Positions 1-12,283 of a stretch of DNA of 64,000 nucleotides are shown here, in pieces (position 1 is the first letter of the stretch; every line of letters begins with the position of its first letter). Both the position numbers and the translations under genes were made by a program. The notes below the pieces were generated by a model. The model had not been told where the DNA came from and did no database searches. It saw nothing but the letters and a program-made list of their open reading frames with translations. The DNA is from Vicugna vicugna (Eukaryota): assembly GCA_013265495.1 (NCBI GenBank), contig MU058213.1, positions 1,116,001 through 1,180,000 of the forward strand, read 5' to 3'.

Positions 1-257
1 TCTGGACTTCTGTGTGGTTTGTTTAAATTCAACCAAATATTTCTGCTTTATGCCTACATTATACAGTAACCACCAAAATTCAAAATTATGATTAAATCAC
101 TAAATATTCTGAGATGTCATATGAAAAACTAACTCGTGTATGTTTTTATAATAATCTAGCTCTTTGAAAATTAGCTATAAATTTTAATTGTCACATAATC
201 ATTATCATCTTGAGTTGTAGAGTGTTTTATCAAGTGCTTCCTCATTTTATTTTTCAT

Positions 258-475
258 GATGTAGCATTAAAACATGAACTCTTAAGGTCTGACAACCAGT
301 TCTGCCACTTGATAGTTGTTCAGCTTTGTATAATTCATACAACCTCTCTTTCTGTTATTTCTTTTTAACCTATTAAATGCAGATAATAATAGTATCAACC
401 TTCAGAGGGTAGTTATAAGGACTGAGTTATTATTTGTAAAATTTTTAGATATTGTCTGGCACATGGTGAGCAGCA
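258..475 (+). mobile_element. MIR SINE
   Basis: TCTGCCACTT...AAATGCAGATAATAATAGTA...TGTCTGGCACATGGT matches the MIR core and tail. Confidence 0.75.
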
Positions 476-519
476 CATTGTTTCTTAAATTTAAAATAAA
501 AATAAATGCAATGACGTAT

Positions 520-610
520 ATCTTTTTCCCATTTTACAGATGAGAAAACTAAGTTAGTCAAATCATTTGCCCAAGGTCACACATATTATCCAGTAAGTAG
601 AGAACCACCT
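520..610 (-). mobile_element. MIR SINE fragment
   Basis: CCCATTTTACAGATGAGAAAACT...TTGCCCAAGGTCACAC. Confidence 0.8.
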
Positions 611-2034
611 CTGAGACTCCCTTCCCACGACCAATAGTTCTTAACAATTCTCAGTTATGAAAGTTCATTCTTATTTTTCATTTCACACAAAAGTAACTCA
701 TTTTTAGGTTAGTGGTTACCTTACCAACTGAGGGCTTAGATTTCAGAAAGCTCTTCAGATGGACATACCTTAAAGGATTCCTGGTATTAAAACAATCTGG
801 AAAACTATTCCTTTCTTTCCTTATGTCTCCCTTGTTTAAACCTCTCAACTTAGATATCATGGAAAAGAACTAGATCAGGCAGTTTCAGAAAGAGCAAGAG
901 GTTATCCCACTTAAAAACATTCTCATAATGTTTGGCAAAACTGGACAACTACATCTGCTTATAAATAAAATACTTCAATGCTCTTTTTGTGAATTCAAAA
1001 CACATATGGTTAATTAAAACCAAGCTTGGTCCCTTTATCATCAAAGAAAAACATGCAGCTTCCATGGGCAAAAAGATAGGGGGGTAAGTTAAAAGGGTTG
1101 GGGGGCCCACCAAGTCTTGGCTTTCATATAGAATTCAGTGATTAAAGAACTCAAAGGAACCTTAAAGGGCATGTGTTTTCATTAATCTATGAAGAAACTG
1201 GACTTTAGAGAACTAAAGTGACAACTCAGGCACACAGAGCACCATAATGGTAAAGTGAGGCCTTAAATCAAGATCTTCAGTGTACGTAAAATGTTAAAAA
1301 TTTGAGGACTTATTTCCAAGTCTCATCCAGTGTGCCTACCTAAACTCTACTCCCCAGTGAAGCCAAATTCAGTCCTGGCTCAGGGAAGTACTGTGGATGG
1401 AGACTCAGCTTCAGATATTTGTTGGTTTAAGATTAAGGCCATTCTTACTGCTCATTTTGTAGCAGTTACCCAAACTCTGAACATTGATTCTGGTCCTTTC
1501 TGTAAAACATCTTGATGCCTAATTTCCAATCTCTGTTCTCCTGTAAATTCTAACTGGACTTTCCAATTTACATGGCTACTATTCTGCAATCCTGCCAGAA
1601 TTTTCTTTGTTTCTCTGCCCATGCAACCATTCTGAACTCTCTTTTGCCACTGAGACATAATGTGCTTATCTACCTCAGGACTGTTTCCTTGATCTATTAT
1701 ATTTGACAGGAATTTGACAGGGATTCCTATATGCCATGGCTACCCAAACTAAACTTGCTACTTTGAAAGTTGCAAAAAGAAGAATTGTGAAGGAGATGGA
1801 AAACACCAAACAGGGAAGGGAAGCAGGGGTTTTGAAAGGTTTAACTGAGGAGTACAATGTTACAAACTGCATACTTTCCAATGGAGAAGTTGAAAATCCG
1901 CCAATCTTTTTCTGGTCCCTGATTTCAATTAAATTTCAAGTCAGGTGGGAAGTAGATGCAGAGGAAAATCCTCTCATAAACTTCATGTGTCCCCACTGCA
2001 ATCGTCACTCTACTCTAATGGCTATTTGTCTCTA

Positions 2035-2140
2035 ATTAGACTATAAACTCTTGGTATGCAGGAGCCAGGTCTGACACATTCATCATTCTATTACCAGTGC
2101 CTACAACTGTGCCTGGCACATAGGAGATGCTCAATGAAAA
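2035..2140 (+). mobile_element. L2 LINE 3' end
   Basis: TAGACTATAAACTC...CAGTGCCTACAACTGTGCCTGGCACATAGGAGATGCTCAAT. Confidence 0.75.
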
Positions 2141-2855
2141 CATAAGCAAAATCAAACAGTGGTTAAGTGAAGTTATTTAGCTAATTAATAAGATTTGGCA
2201 GTTGTAGATCAACTTGAGATTTATGTTAAATTATGACCAATGCTGAAGAATTCAGATATTGTAGGGCAGGTGGGCTCAGATTATTAGCCCCATAACAAAT
2301 GGCATAGTAACTTTTATTTTACTATGTTTTTTTAAAAAAAGAATTTAACTTATTCACAGTGACACTTTCATAAAGAGTTGTTAACATATACACATACACA
2401 CACCACTAAAATGATTATATGCATGTATGTTCCTGGGCATCAATCATCAGTATCTCAAGAGAATTTATTTCCTAAATTCCAACCTGATAGCCAGTTCTGC
2501 CAACTGATAATATATTCTCTAAAATGCTGAAAGCTGGTAATTTTGAGGGTCAGGTCTTGTAGGTATCTTCACACTAAATTTCACAGAAACCAAAGGGAAA
2601 GCTTTGGCTAATTAATCACTAATTCTCTATCGTTAATAATTAGCACAACTAGTATAACCAATGGAAATGAACAAAAGGAAGGCAGGCTTAGTGATCTGAT
2701 AGGTAAGAATTAGGACTTTCAATTTCAAGAATCAAGATACTTTTCAATGCTGTAAAATGTTTCTTAAATTTTCCTAAAGCTGCTCATGTTTGTAGACATT
2801 CTATCAGGCTCAGAACTAGTGTTCTGTACTTTTTATATATACGCAAAAATTTAAT

Positions 2856-2956
2856 GGGCAGAGGGATATAGCTCAGTGGTAGAGCACATGCTCAGCATGG
2901 ACAGGGTCCTAGGTTCAATCCTCAGTACCTCCATCAAAATAAAATAAAAATAAAAA
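2856..2956 (+). mobile_element. tRNA-derived SINE (camelid Vic-1-like), short form
   Basis: A box TAGCTCAGTGG, B box GGTTCAATCC and an (AAAAT)n tail. Homologous to the copies at 49.7 and 59.8 kb. Confidence 0.85.
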
Positions 2957-5389
2957 GGTAATGAGTGTGAGAAATATCAATATAAGATATTCATTCAATC
3001 ATTCTTAGATATCTTTAATTAATAGTATTTTCCAAAGCACTTTGAACTTCTTGAAACAAGAATCTAAATAATGTTAAAAGCCAAACAGTTCTAGCTCTAT
3101 GACTAAAAAAGAAGCTAAGAGAATTCTGCAAGTATGGATTGTACTCCTTTGATATGAGCTATGACAAGCCTATGTACTCAGAACTCAGGCCACGCTGAGT
3201 TTCTAGGTTCTCTAAGTTACTTACAGTCAAGTAATAAAACAAGTACTAACCCTTTCCCCACCTTTGCAAATACTGCATAATACAAAACAGCAATTACCTA
3301 CCAGTTTGAATTTGTTTACCGTAACTATTAAATAAATTGCAGTAATGAAAAAACACAATGCTATGTAGTTCTTTAAAACACTATCATAAACTACAGTAAA
3401 AGTTTTAAAAAGGCATATAATTTATGTCATTTAAACTGCTCCGGTAATTATGTTACAGATTAAAAGCCTGCATGACAAAGAAATACGGCATTCATCATTA
3501 GTATTTACATATCTTCCATTAACATAATTGTAACTGGAAGAGCTACAAAGGCATCACACAAAAGAAACAACTCTTTATGGTAGTAAAACAATTGGTGAGG
3601 TCACTAAAAAAAAACCCATCTATTTTATGCAATTACTTATTATTGAATTTTTCACCCAATCATTAACAAATAGGTATTTTCTGGGCACAAAAGAGTAAAT
3701 AGAGTTCATTAGAAGCCAAGGAAGGTAAAGCTTATACTTCACACAGTTCTGCAAGGCGACTCTCTTCCCAGAGGACAGTAACTGGCATCTCCTTTTCCTC
3801 CACAGTCCGCGTCCCCACATAAACCCTCTAATACATAAGTGCCCTCCACATTCCTCTCCTGGCTCCCTACCAGTTCAACCACAGTCATTTGTGTGGAGAT
3901 AAGGGTATTTTTAAAGAAAACAATCAGAAAGGAAGAAGGATATGTAAGTAAGAATTGTGATCAAAATTAAGAGAAAAAAAGGGAGGAAAAGGAACAGGGA
4001 AGAAACAAAATAGATTAAGAGAAAAGAACAAATGGGAAAATAAGGGGAGAAACATAAAAAGAGAAATAAATAGAGTAACAGTAGAGTTTGAGTAAGCTGA
4101 AGAGACAAGGGGGGAAAAGCTTTTCTTTCCTACTTGCTCCTTAGGCTCTTTTCCTAAACTCCCATCTTCCAAACATTGCAAGGTAGGCCTCCCTGTCTTC
4201 TCACACACGTTCTACAGCACCCCTATAAAAGAAGCCCCAAACTGTTCATCAGTTAGCTGCATATCCACTGATTAAAAACATTTCAAAGCAGAAAAGGCCA
4301 ATTCAATCTGGATGTTAGTTCACGATCATGTTCAAAAGGTACAGTGCTTCAATTTAGTGAGCATAAAATACGGACTGCAACCTAAGCAAAGAGCGCTCTC
4401 AAGTATTTCTCTGGCATCTAAGAGATTTACTGTTTGATAACCATATTGCTTATATTTTCTCTGTTAGTTTTAGATAAATGATCTTAAAGATTAATTTTTC
4501 TAAGGGATACATAAGATGCCAAAATGATAACTCACTTTAAACTTGAACTATTCAAATTTTATATTCTCCTATAGAACTGTGATGATTCTAAATTGTGATC
4601 TAACTGGGAGAAAAAAACTGGTTTTATGATCAAGTAGATGTACATTTAAATACTGAGTGACTAGGCAAGTTGAAATAATACTTCTCTGAGAAATTTCTGA
4701 GGGGAAAAAAACAGATTCTACCCTTTGATCTGTGGCATACCTTGCTATGACAAGTATTTAAAAACCCACCACAAATTCACTGCTCTTTATGGTCAGAAGA
4801 CATTCTTAGTGAAGTTTTCATACAAAGGAAAAGACTTATAAATAAATTAAGAATTTACTGATTTTCAAGGTGTATTGCTTTCCTAATGTATTTGATTCAA
4901 GGAATGCTATGAAGCATAAAATGTTCCTATCATCAGAAAAGAAACAAAGTTATACACAACATAACTGATGGCCAAAGAAAAGTAAAAATTAAAATTCATG
5001 TAAAGATTTGAAAATAAAATTGAACTTTAGTCACTATTTTGTAACTGCAGTAAGTAAAACATTCACTGCAGAATTCGATTTTACTGTGTTCACAAAGACA
5101 GCAGTAAGATCCAGTGAGGACAGTCCTGGGCAAGTTCAGGCATGTCACTTAATTTCTTCATTTGTAAAATGGGAATAAGTGTTAGGCGAGAAAGAAACTG
5201 CTTCCCTTTACTTGGATTTGGTCTTTGTGCACAGAGAAAGCAGAACTTTACCACAATCCTTATCTTCCCACCAAGGGGTATACTGAACAGAAATGACTGA
5301 TTTCTATATTCATCCATTTTATGAATTCTCCCACAAGGCAGGTGGGATGGCTAACATGACTGGTTTGATTTTGGTAGTCACTGGGCTAT

Positions 5390-6960
5390 TTCCAGTTGAA
5401 ATGGAGTAACAGGGACATGATTTACCCACACACTTAAATCACAATAAAATACAAACAACTGTTTTCAGACATTGGACAACAGACAGTGTTAGACACTGAG
5501 AGGGAAATAAACAGGTGAGCCCTACAACTGCCCAACCTTAATGCCTAGATTAAGTTTCCAGGCTGAAGCACAGGGAAGGAGAAGCCAGACAGAGACCGAA
5601 TCAAGGACAAAAGAATTAGTGGAAAGGGAAGTTAGGTGGCTATAGTAACAGCGCAGGGTACCAGACGAGAGACGAGCACACCAGAAAGAGAGCTCAGGAG
5701 AAATAGAGAAGAGTGAAAGAGAAAAACTGTCAACCTGGAATTCCTGGAAAAACACCCCCCAAAAATAAAAAACAAGGCAGAATGATTTTTTAGACACAGA
5801 AAAGCTGAAAAAAGTTTATCACCAACAGAGTACACTACCAAAAATGTTAAAGGGAACTATGTCAGAAAGAAAATGGTATCATTTGAAAATCTGGATCTAC
5901 AAAGAGAACTGGAAATCATAAAAACGTAGGTAAATAAAAAAAAATTTATTATTGGTTTTTAAACCACTTTTAAATATAATTGATTATTTAAAGGAAACCT
6001 TGAAGTATTAGAAGGTAAACTGTGACAGGTTAAAGATGATTATTGCATACTTCAAAGTAACCAGTGAAAAAATAAACAGCCCTTCCCCTAGAAATCCGAT
6101 TACAATTAGTAAGTTAACAAAGGAGAGAAAATGGAATTATATATTAAAAAAAACCTCAATTCAAAAGAAGACACAGAAAGGATAAAGGAACAAAGACCAG
6201 ATGAGACAAATAAAAGCAAATAGTAAGTTGACAGATTTAATCTCACCCATATCAACAATAACCTAAAATGTGAATGATCTAATTAAAAAGCAGAGACAAT
6301 CAGATTGGTTAAAAAAGCAAGACACAATTGTATACTACCTATAAGAAATCCATTTTGAATATAAAGACACAAATAAGCTTAAAATTAGTGCTAACACTAG
6401 CCAAAAGAAAGCTGGAGTGGCTGTAGGAATCAGATGAAAGATTCCAGAGCAAATGATCTTGCAGGTGATAATGGTGGCCATTTCATAATGATAATGAGGC
6501 CAATCCATTAAGAGAGCATAACAGCCCTAAATGTTTATAAACCTAGTTAAACAGCTTCAACTAGAATAAGTAAAAACTCACAGAACTGTAAGGAAAAACA
6601 GACACCTTCATGATTATATTTGGAGATTTTAACAACCCCCTTTTCAATAATCAATAGAACAAGTAGAAAATCAGTAAGAACATAAAAAAAAACTTTAACA
6701 GTACCATCAGCCTGACCTAATTGATATTTACAGAACACTTCATGCAACAAAAGCAGAATACACATCTTCACTAGGTACACAAAAAACATTAACCACATTT
6801 ACCAAGATAGACCATATTCTGGGCCACAAAACAGGTCTCAATAAGTTTAAAAGGTTTTAAATCATCTAAAGTGTGTTCTCCAACCATAATGGAATTAAAT
6901 TAGAAGTCAGTAAGAGAAAGATATCTGGAAAAAAATCTCTAAATATTTGGAAAGTAAATA
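5390..6960 (+). mobile_element. Old L1 (L1M) fragments: 5' region and ORF2 endonuclease region
   Basis: A-rich. Degenerate endonuclease-coding motifs in 6200-6960, e.g. GGAGATTTTAACAACCCC, AAGATAGACCATATTCTGGGCCAC and TTCTCCAACCATAATGGAATTAAATTAGAA. Confidence 0.85.
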
Positions 6961-7020
6961 ACTGGCGTGATTTTACTAGTTATTGGACCACCTCTTTATT
7001 CTTAAGTGAGGTTTCCAAGT

Positions 7021-7133
7021 TTATGACAGAATTGTGTCCCCCGAGATCTCCAAACTCGTATGTTGAAGCCCTAACCTCCAATGTGACTATGTTATAAGAT
7101 AGGGCTTTTAGAAGGTAATTATTGTTAAATGAG
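7021..7133 (+). mobile_element. MaLR (MLT1) LTR fragment
   Basis: GAATTGTGTCCCCC...TATGTTGAAGCCCTAACCTCCAATGTGACT. Confidence 0.75.
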
Positions 7134-7654
7134 AATGTTCAGCCTCTTTTGAAAAGAAATCCAATTTTGGAGAATGAAATCATTTATCTAACAAACTTCT
7201 TAATTGAAGGGGAAAAAAAGAGAGAGACCACTATAGCTGCAGGTGTTCATGTGAACTGCGTTCATACTTCATGCTTATAGATTGTTAGTCAAACTATACA
7301 TCGATCAAAGTAAAATATCTTCATCAAAGTGTGTGTTTAATAATGATTGGTTAAAGTCAATTTATATTGTAATAATAGGGTGAAATAAGACTAGATACTT
7401 ACAGTTTCATGGTTAAGATCATGAATAACAGAAAACTGGAATCCTGGTTCTGCTGCTAGTAACAGTATAGCCCAAGGGAACCTATTTAGTCTGTCTAACC
7501 TTTACACTCTTGGAAAATGGAGGTAATACCTATTTCATAGCATCATTGATTTCACGTTGTGTTGAACACAATGTCTAGCATACAGTAAGCACTATTATAT
7601 AATGCATAGTTTTATTGTTCTTTAATAAGCCAAAGTATCTTGGTATGAACTTTT

Positions 7655-7838
7655 AATAGTTCTCAAATCTTGGGTTTTGAATCCTAGCCGCACATTGAAC
7701 AAACAGAAGAGCTTTAAAAACAAAATATAAGTAAACAACAACAACAAAACCCAGAAACAAAACTCAGGGAACCATGCAAGACTGGATATTACATTCTTAC
7801 ATAATTCTAATGTGCAACAGGATTGAGAATCACTACTC
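7655..7838. mobile_element. MER5-type hAT-Charlie MITE
   Basis: Terminal AGTTCTCAAA and TTCTAATGTGCAACAGGATTGAGAATCACT. Confidence 0.6.
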
Positions 7839-8750
7839 TAGTTGGAAGCTTGAGGCTAAGCAATGGGACAAAATGAGGATATTAGGCAAGGTAAGCCATA
7901 AAGCAGTGGTGACATTAGAAAAGCAAGAGACCCACTTTAACGTATGTACACCGGAGCTGTGTTTTCAGTTATAACCGTGAATTTGCAGATGTCGATTCTT
8001 AACATGTAACTGAGGTAGAAGTGGTTCTGGGGATCTGACAATTCGCTCTCTCCAAATTTAATTCGTGATTTATTTGCAATGAAAATCTCAAAAAATAAGC
8101 ACAAACAGATTCTAGATCATTGTGGACAATAATAATCAAGGATTACCTTATCATTTTAGTGCTACATTCATATTTACAGTTTTGACTTACATTTACAGTT
8201 TTGCCATTGTTTAAATAATATGACTTTAATAGCGCTGGGCTAATAAGAAGACAGATGATGCTTTTGTGTTGTGTGTAAAATGGTGGCCTTAGGGTATCAA
8301 CAAAAGTTGACAGTGAGTTAAATGACAAGCAAATATCTAGCCATAATATTGTAGATATGCTCAACTCAAAAGGACTTGCCCCATAATACCAAGCATGAAA
8401 GTCAAATTCTGACCAATAATTTTGTAATACATTATAATGATTTAAAGTTTCCTGGTTCTACAGTTTTATTAGCATTAAGTTTTTAAAAATCATTTTGGTT
8501 TTATAATTGTATGAGGTCTATAAGAAAATTATACTGAGTTCATTTTTCTATATTGTAATTAAAAAAATAACGTCAGCTGGTTCAAAAAAATTTTTTTTCC
8601 TTAAATAGCTGTGAGAGTCTTGGAATAAAGACTAAATGGATTCAAATCTGAGCTCCATTATATAATCAGGAGGCTTTCAACTTTTTACAAAATCTTTAAG
8701 ATCTCTTTCTCTCTCTTAGATATTAACTTAAAGTCGGCAAAAGTCATACT

Positions 8751-9938
8751 GGCACACCTGTCAGAATGGCTATTATCAAAGAGACAACAAATAACAAGTG
8801 TTGGTGAGGATATGGAGAAAGGGGAACCCTGGGGCACTGCTGATGGGAATGTAAACTGGTGCAGTCACTCTGGAAAGAGTATGGAGATTCCTCAAAAGAT
8901 TAAAAATAGAACTATCATATGATCAAGGAATTCTACTCCTGGGTATTTACCCAAAGAAAACAAAAACATTAATTAGAAGAGATACATGCACCTCTATGTT
9001 CATTGCAGCATTACTTTTAACAGCCAAGATACAGAAGCAACCTACGTGTCCACCAATATATGAATGGATAAAGAAAATGTGGTATATACACACAATGGAA
9101 AATGGAACATTACTCGGTCAAAAAAAGAATGAAATTCTGCCATTTGTGACAACACAGATGGATCTAGTAGGTATTATGCTTACTGAAATAAGTCAGACAG
9201 AGAAAGATCAATATTATATAATTTCACTTGTATGTGGAATCTAAAAAATAAAACAAACAAACATAACAAAACAGAAAGAGTCATACATACAGAGAACAAA
9301 CAGGTGACTGCAAAGTGAAAGGGGGTTGGGGGAGAAAAGAAATCGGTGAGGGAGGCTAAGAGGTACAAACTTCCACTTGTAAAATAAATGAGTAATGGGC
9401 ATGAAATGTACAGTGTGGGGAATATATTCAAAAACTATGTAATATCTCTGCATGGTGACATATCATCAGACTTACCATGGTGATTATTTTGAAATGTACA
9501 GAAATATCAGATCGCTATGCTGGTGCAACAGGAACTAACATAGTGTTGTATGTCAATTATACTACAAAAACTTAACTCATAGAAAAAGAGATCATTGCAG
9601 AGGAAGGGGGTAGGTAGAGGGGGAATCAGATGAAGGCAGTCAAAAGATACAATCTTCCAGTTATAAGATAAATAAGTACTAGGGATGTACTGTACAACAT
9701 GATAAATATAATTAACACTGCTATGTTATGTATGAAAGCTGTTAAGAGAGTAAATCCTAAGAGTTCTCATCACAAAAAAAGGTTTTTTCCTCTGTTCTCT
9801 AATTTTGTATCTATATGAGATGATGGGTGTTAGTGTGATAATCATTTCATGATGTATGTAAGTCAAATCATTATGTTGTACACCTTAAACCTATACAGTG
9901 CTGTGCGTTAATTATATCTCAATAAAACTGGAGGGGAA
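8751..9938 (+). mobile_element. 5'-truncated L1 (end of ORF2 plus 3' UTR; L1MA9-like laurasiatherian type)
   Basis: ORF2 C-terminal remnant (ORF 8996-9244), AATAAA near the 3' end, and a 12-bp TSD AAAAGTCATACT at 8739-8750 and 9939-9950. Confidence 0.92.
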
Positions 9939-10829
9939 AAAAGTCATACTTGGTCTTTCTAAATATACAACAGAGTTCCTAAAACCAAGCCAAGCTCCAT
10001 TATTAAAGTGATTTTTTCCTCATCTGCATCTTAGAGTTCACCTCAATGTCAAATTTATAGATTTTTATGTTGTTGGCCTACTGTTTTTAGAATCAATCAT
10101 TTTTAATTGTATGAAAGTAAATAAAGCACATTTTATATTATAATTTTTCGAAGTCAGAAAAACTTTCATGTAGCTTAACTCAATTATTTTCACAAATTCT
10201 CTCAGATGAAAGATTAAAGAAATACCAAAAAAAAGTCTAGACAAGGTTATATAATCTTTCAAAAATACACAGAAAATCTCTAGAATTGCTATATCTTAGT
10301 CCTATTTCAGTACTTAGTTCCCTAGTCAACACTCTGCTGAGTCAAATGCAGGCCTCACTATCAATTTTGTTTTTCATTTTAACAATTTTTTTTTGTTTTT
10401 AGTAACTGAAATAAGAGTTGGCCCAGAAGAGGTCTCTGTATTATTTTAAGGATTTAGAAATCAGTTTTTATTTTATTATAATTTGAAACCACTGAAAATA
10501 TTTGTGTTTAAAATAAAGAAATGTCTACTTTTCCACAATTTTACTTTTAATCAAAAATTTTAATTCATTATACTACCAAATACAGTATTTAAACTTTTTA
10601 ATATTGCTGATATGAACTAACAAGAAAAATTGCTAAAATACATCAAGGGAAAAAAAGTTGCAGAACACTGCGTATAAAATGTATATAACACTTGTATAGT
10701 TACACAACTGATATTAATTATTTACAGAAAAAAACCCACATATATCAAACTGCTTGTTATAGTTAACTCTGGGGCTGGGGATAGGATTATGAAGAATTAT
10801 CTACTTTCTATGCTTGTGGCTGTCCACTT

Positions 10830-10946
10830 GAACAAATAAAAATATAGGATGTCCAGTTGAATTGAATTTCAGTATAGAAAATATTTATACTGAAAAATTA
10901 CTCATTTACCTGAAATTCAAATTTAACTAGACATCCTGTATTTTAT
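10830..10946. mobile_element. MER53-like palindromic MITE with internal deletion
   Basis: Imperfect inverted arms of about 37 bp at 10836-10872 and 10910-10946. Confidence 0.75.
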
Positions 10947-11845
10947 GAGAAGGATGGCTGAGTAAGCCTATGTTATATATTGTCTAATGTCTGAATTTAG
11001 ACATCTGTATCTTACATATAGGTTTGCTATGTTATATATGTCTATACAAAAATAAAAACCTATGACATAAATAAGTGATTCATCTATTCTCTATAATAAA
11101 CAAACTGAATAATCAAGACTTTTTTAAAAAAGTCAAAATGATACATTTCTACAATAAAAAACTGCTAAAGTTAAAGAATTAAGTAGGTATCTGTGTGTCT
11201 CTTCAGAAGATGCTCACGAACACTGTTGCATGAAGAGATTAAGTTACGGACACTATATAGGGTATGATCCTATTTTTGTTTAAAAAGAGTTTTAAGATAC
11301 CTAATATTATGCATACTTATATAAGGATAGAAGAATGAATGGAGATACATGCACAAAACTGTTTATCCCTGGGAAGGTAAGCATAGGAAGAGGTAAGGAG
11401 GAATCAGCAATTTTCCCTATTTGTTTATACACATTTTTGTTTGAAATTCATTTCATGTACTACTTCTATACTGAAATTTGTACCATGTACTACTTCTGTA
11501 ATTTTTTAGTCAAATTTTTTAAAACGGGGTCAGGGGAGAATCAAATAAAGACACATGCAAGGCACATGTGCCTTTAAAAGCTTTTAAAATCACAGATAAG
11601 AAACACCAAAAAAACTATAGAGGAGGATTACCAACTTTTTTACTTTGCTAAGTATTTATTAAAAGACTACTGAAATAGAGAGTCCCTAAGATGACTAATT
11701 AGATATAAAACTTCAAGGCCTCTACCTTATATAAACTTTCCAAGACAGAACAGATTATTTAATAACAGATTGAATATACATAGTAATTAAGAGAAAAACA
11801 TTATCTACCGTATGCCAATGGTTCTCAAATTTCAATTTGTCTAAG

Positions 11846-12283
11846 TATTAGGGTAGATAATGACCCCCCCAAAGATGTCCATGTCCCAATCTCTGGAACC
11901 TGTGTATATATAACTTCACATTCAAAGGGAACTTGAAAGATGTGGTTAAATTAATCTTGAGATGGAGGGTGTTCCCTAGATTATCCTGGTGGGCCCAACA
12001 TAACCACAAGTCCTTATGAAGCAGGAGGTCTGAGGTGAGAGATGATGCTACACTGCTACCTCTGAAGACAGGTGGCAGGGCCATGAGCCAAGGACTAAAG
12101 GAGGCCTCTAGAAAGCTGTGAAAGTCAAGGAGACATTTTCCCATAGAGCCTCTTGAAGGATATGGAATACAGCCCTTGGACTCATTTTAAACTTCTGACC
12201 CCAGAACTGAGACCATAAATTTTTGTTGTTTTAAGCCACAAAGTTGTGGCAGTTTCTTACAGCAGCAATAGGGTCCTAATACA
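11846..12283 (+). mobile_element. MaLR solo LTR (MLT1D-like) inserted in a MER5-type element (~11815-12410)
   Basis: CCCCCAAAGATGTCCATGTCCCAATCTCTGGAACCTGTG...GTTGTTTTAAGCCAC...ACAGCAGCAATAGG. MER5-like pieces lie on both sides. Confidence 0.85.

Noticed and set aside
678..870. 60-aa minus-strand ORF / exon with donors AAG|GTATGT (769) and TTG|GTAAGG
   Set aside because: The acceptor is weak and the translation is unrecognisable. A UTR exon cannot be excluded but is unsupported.
2856..2935. tRNA gene
   Set aside because: Has A and B boxes but an A-rich retroposon tail, no T-run terminator and dispersed diverged copies, so it is a SINE.
8996..9244. 82-aa ORF
   Set aside because: Decayed L1 ORF2 C-terminus inside a TSD-flanked truncated L1.
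11440..11500. Short direct duplications (also ~17725, 33440, 40100, 55182, 62612) as a CRISPR-like or regular array
   Set aside because: Isolated two-copy slippage duplications with unrelated units and no repeat-spacer periodicity, in a eukaryotic context.
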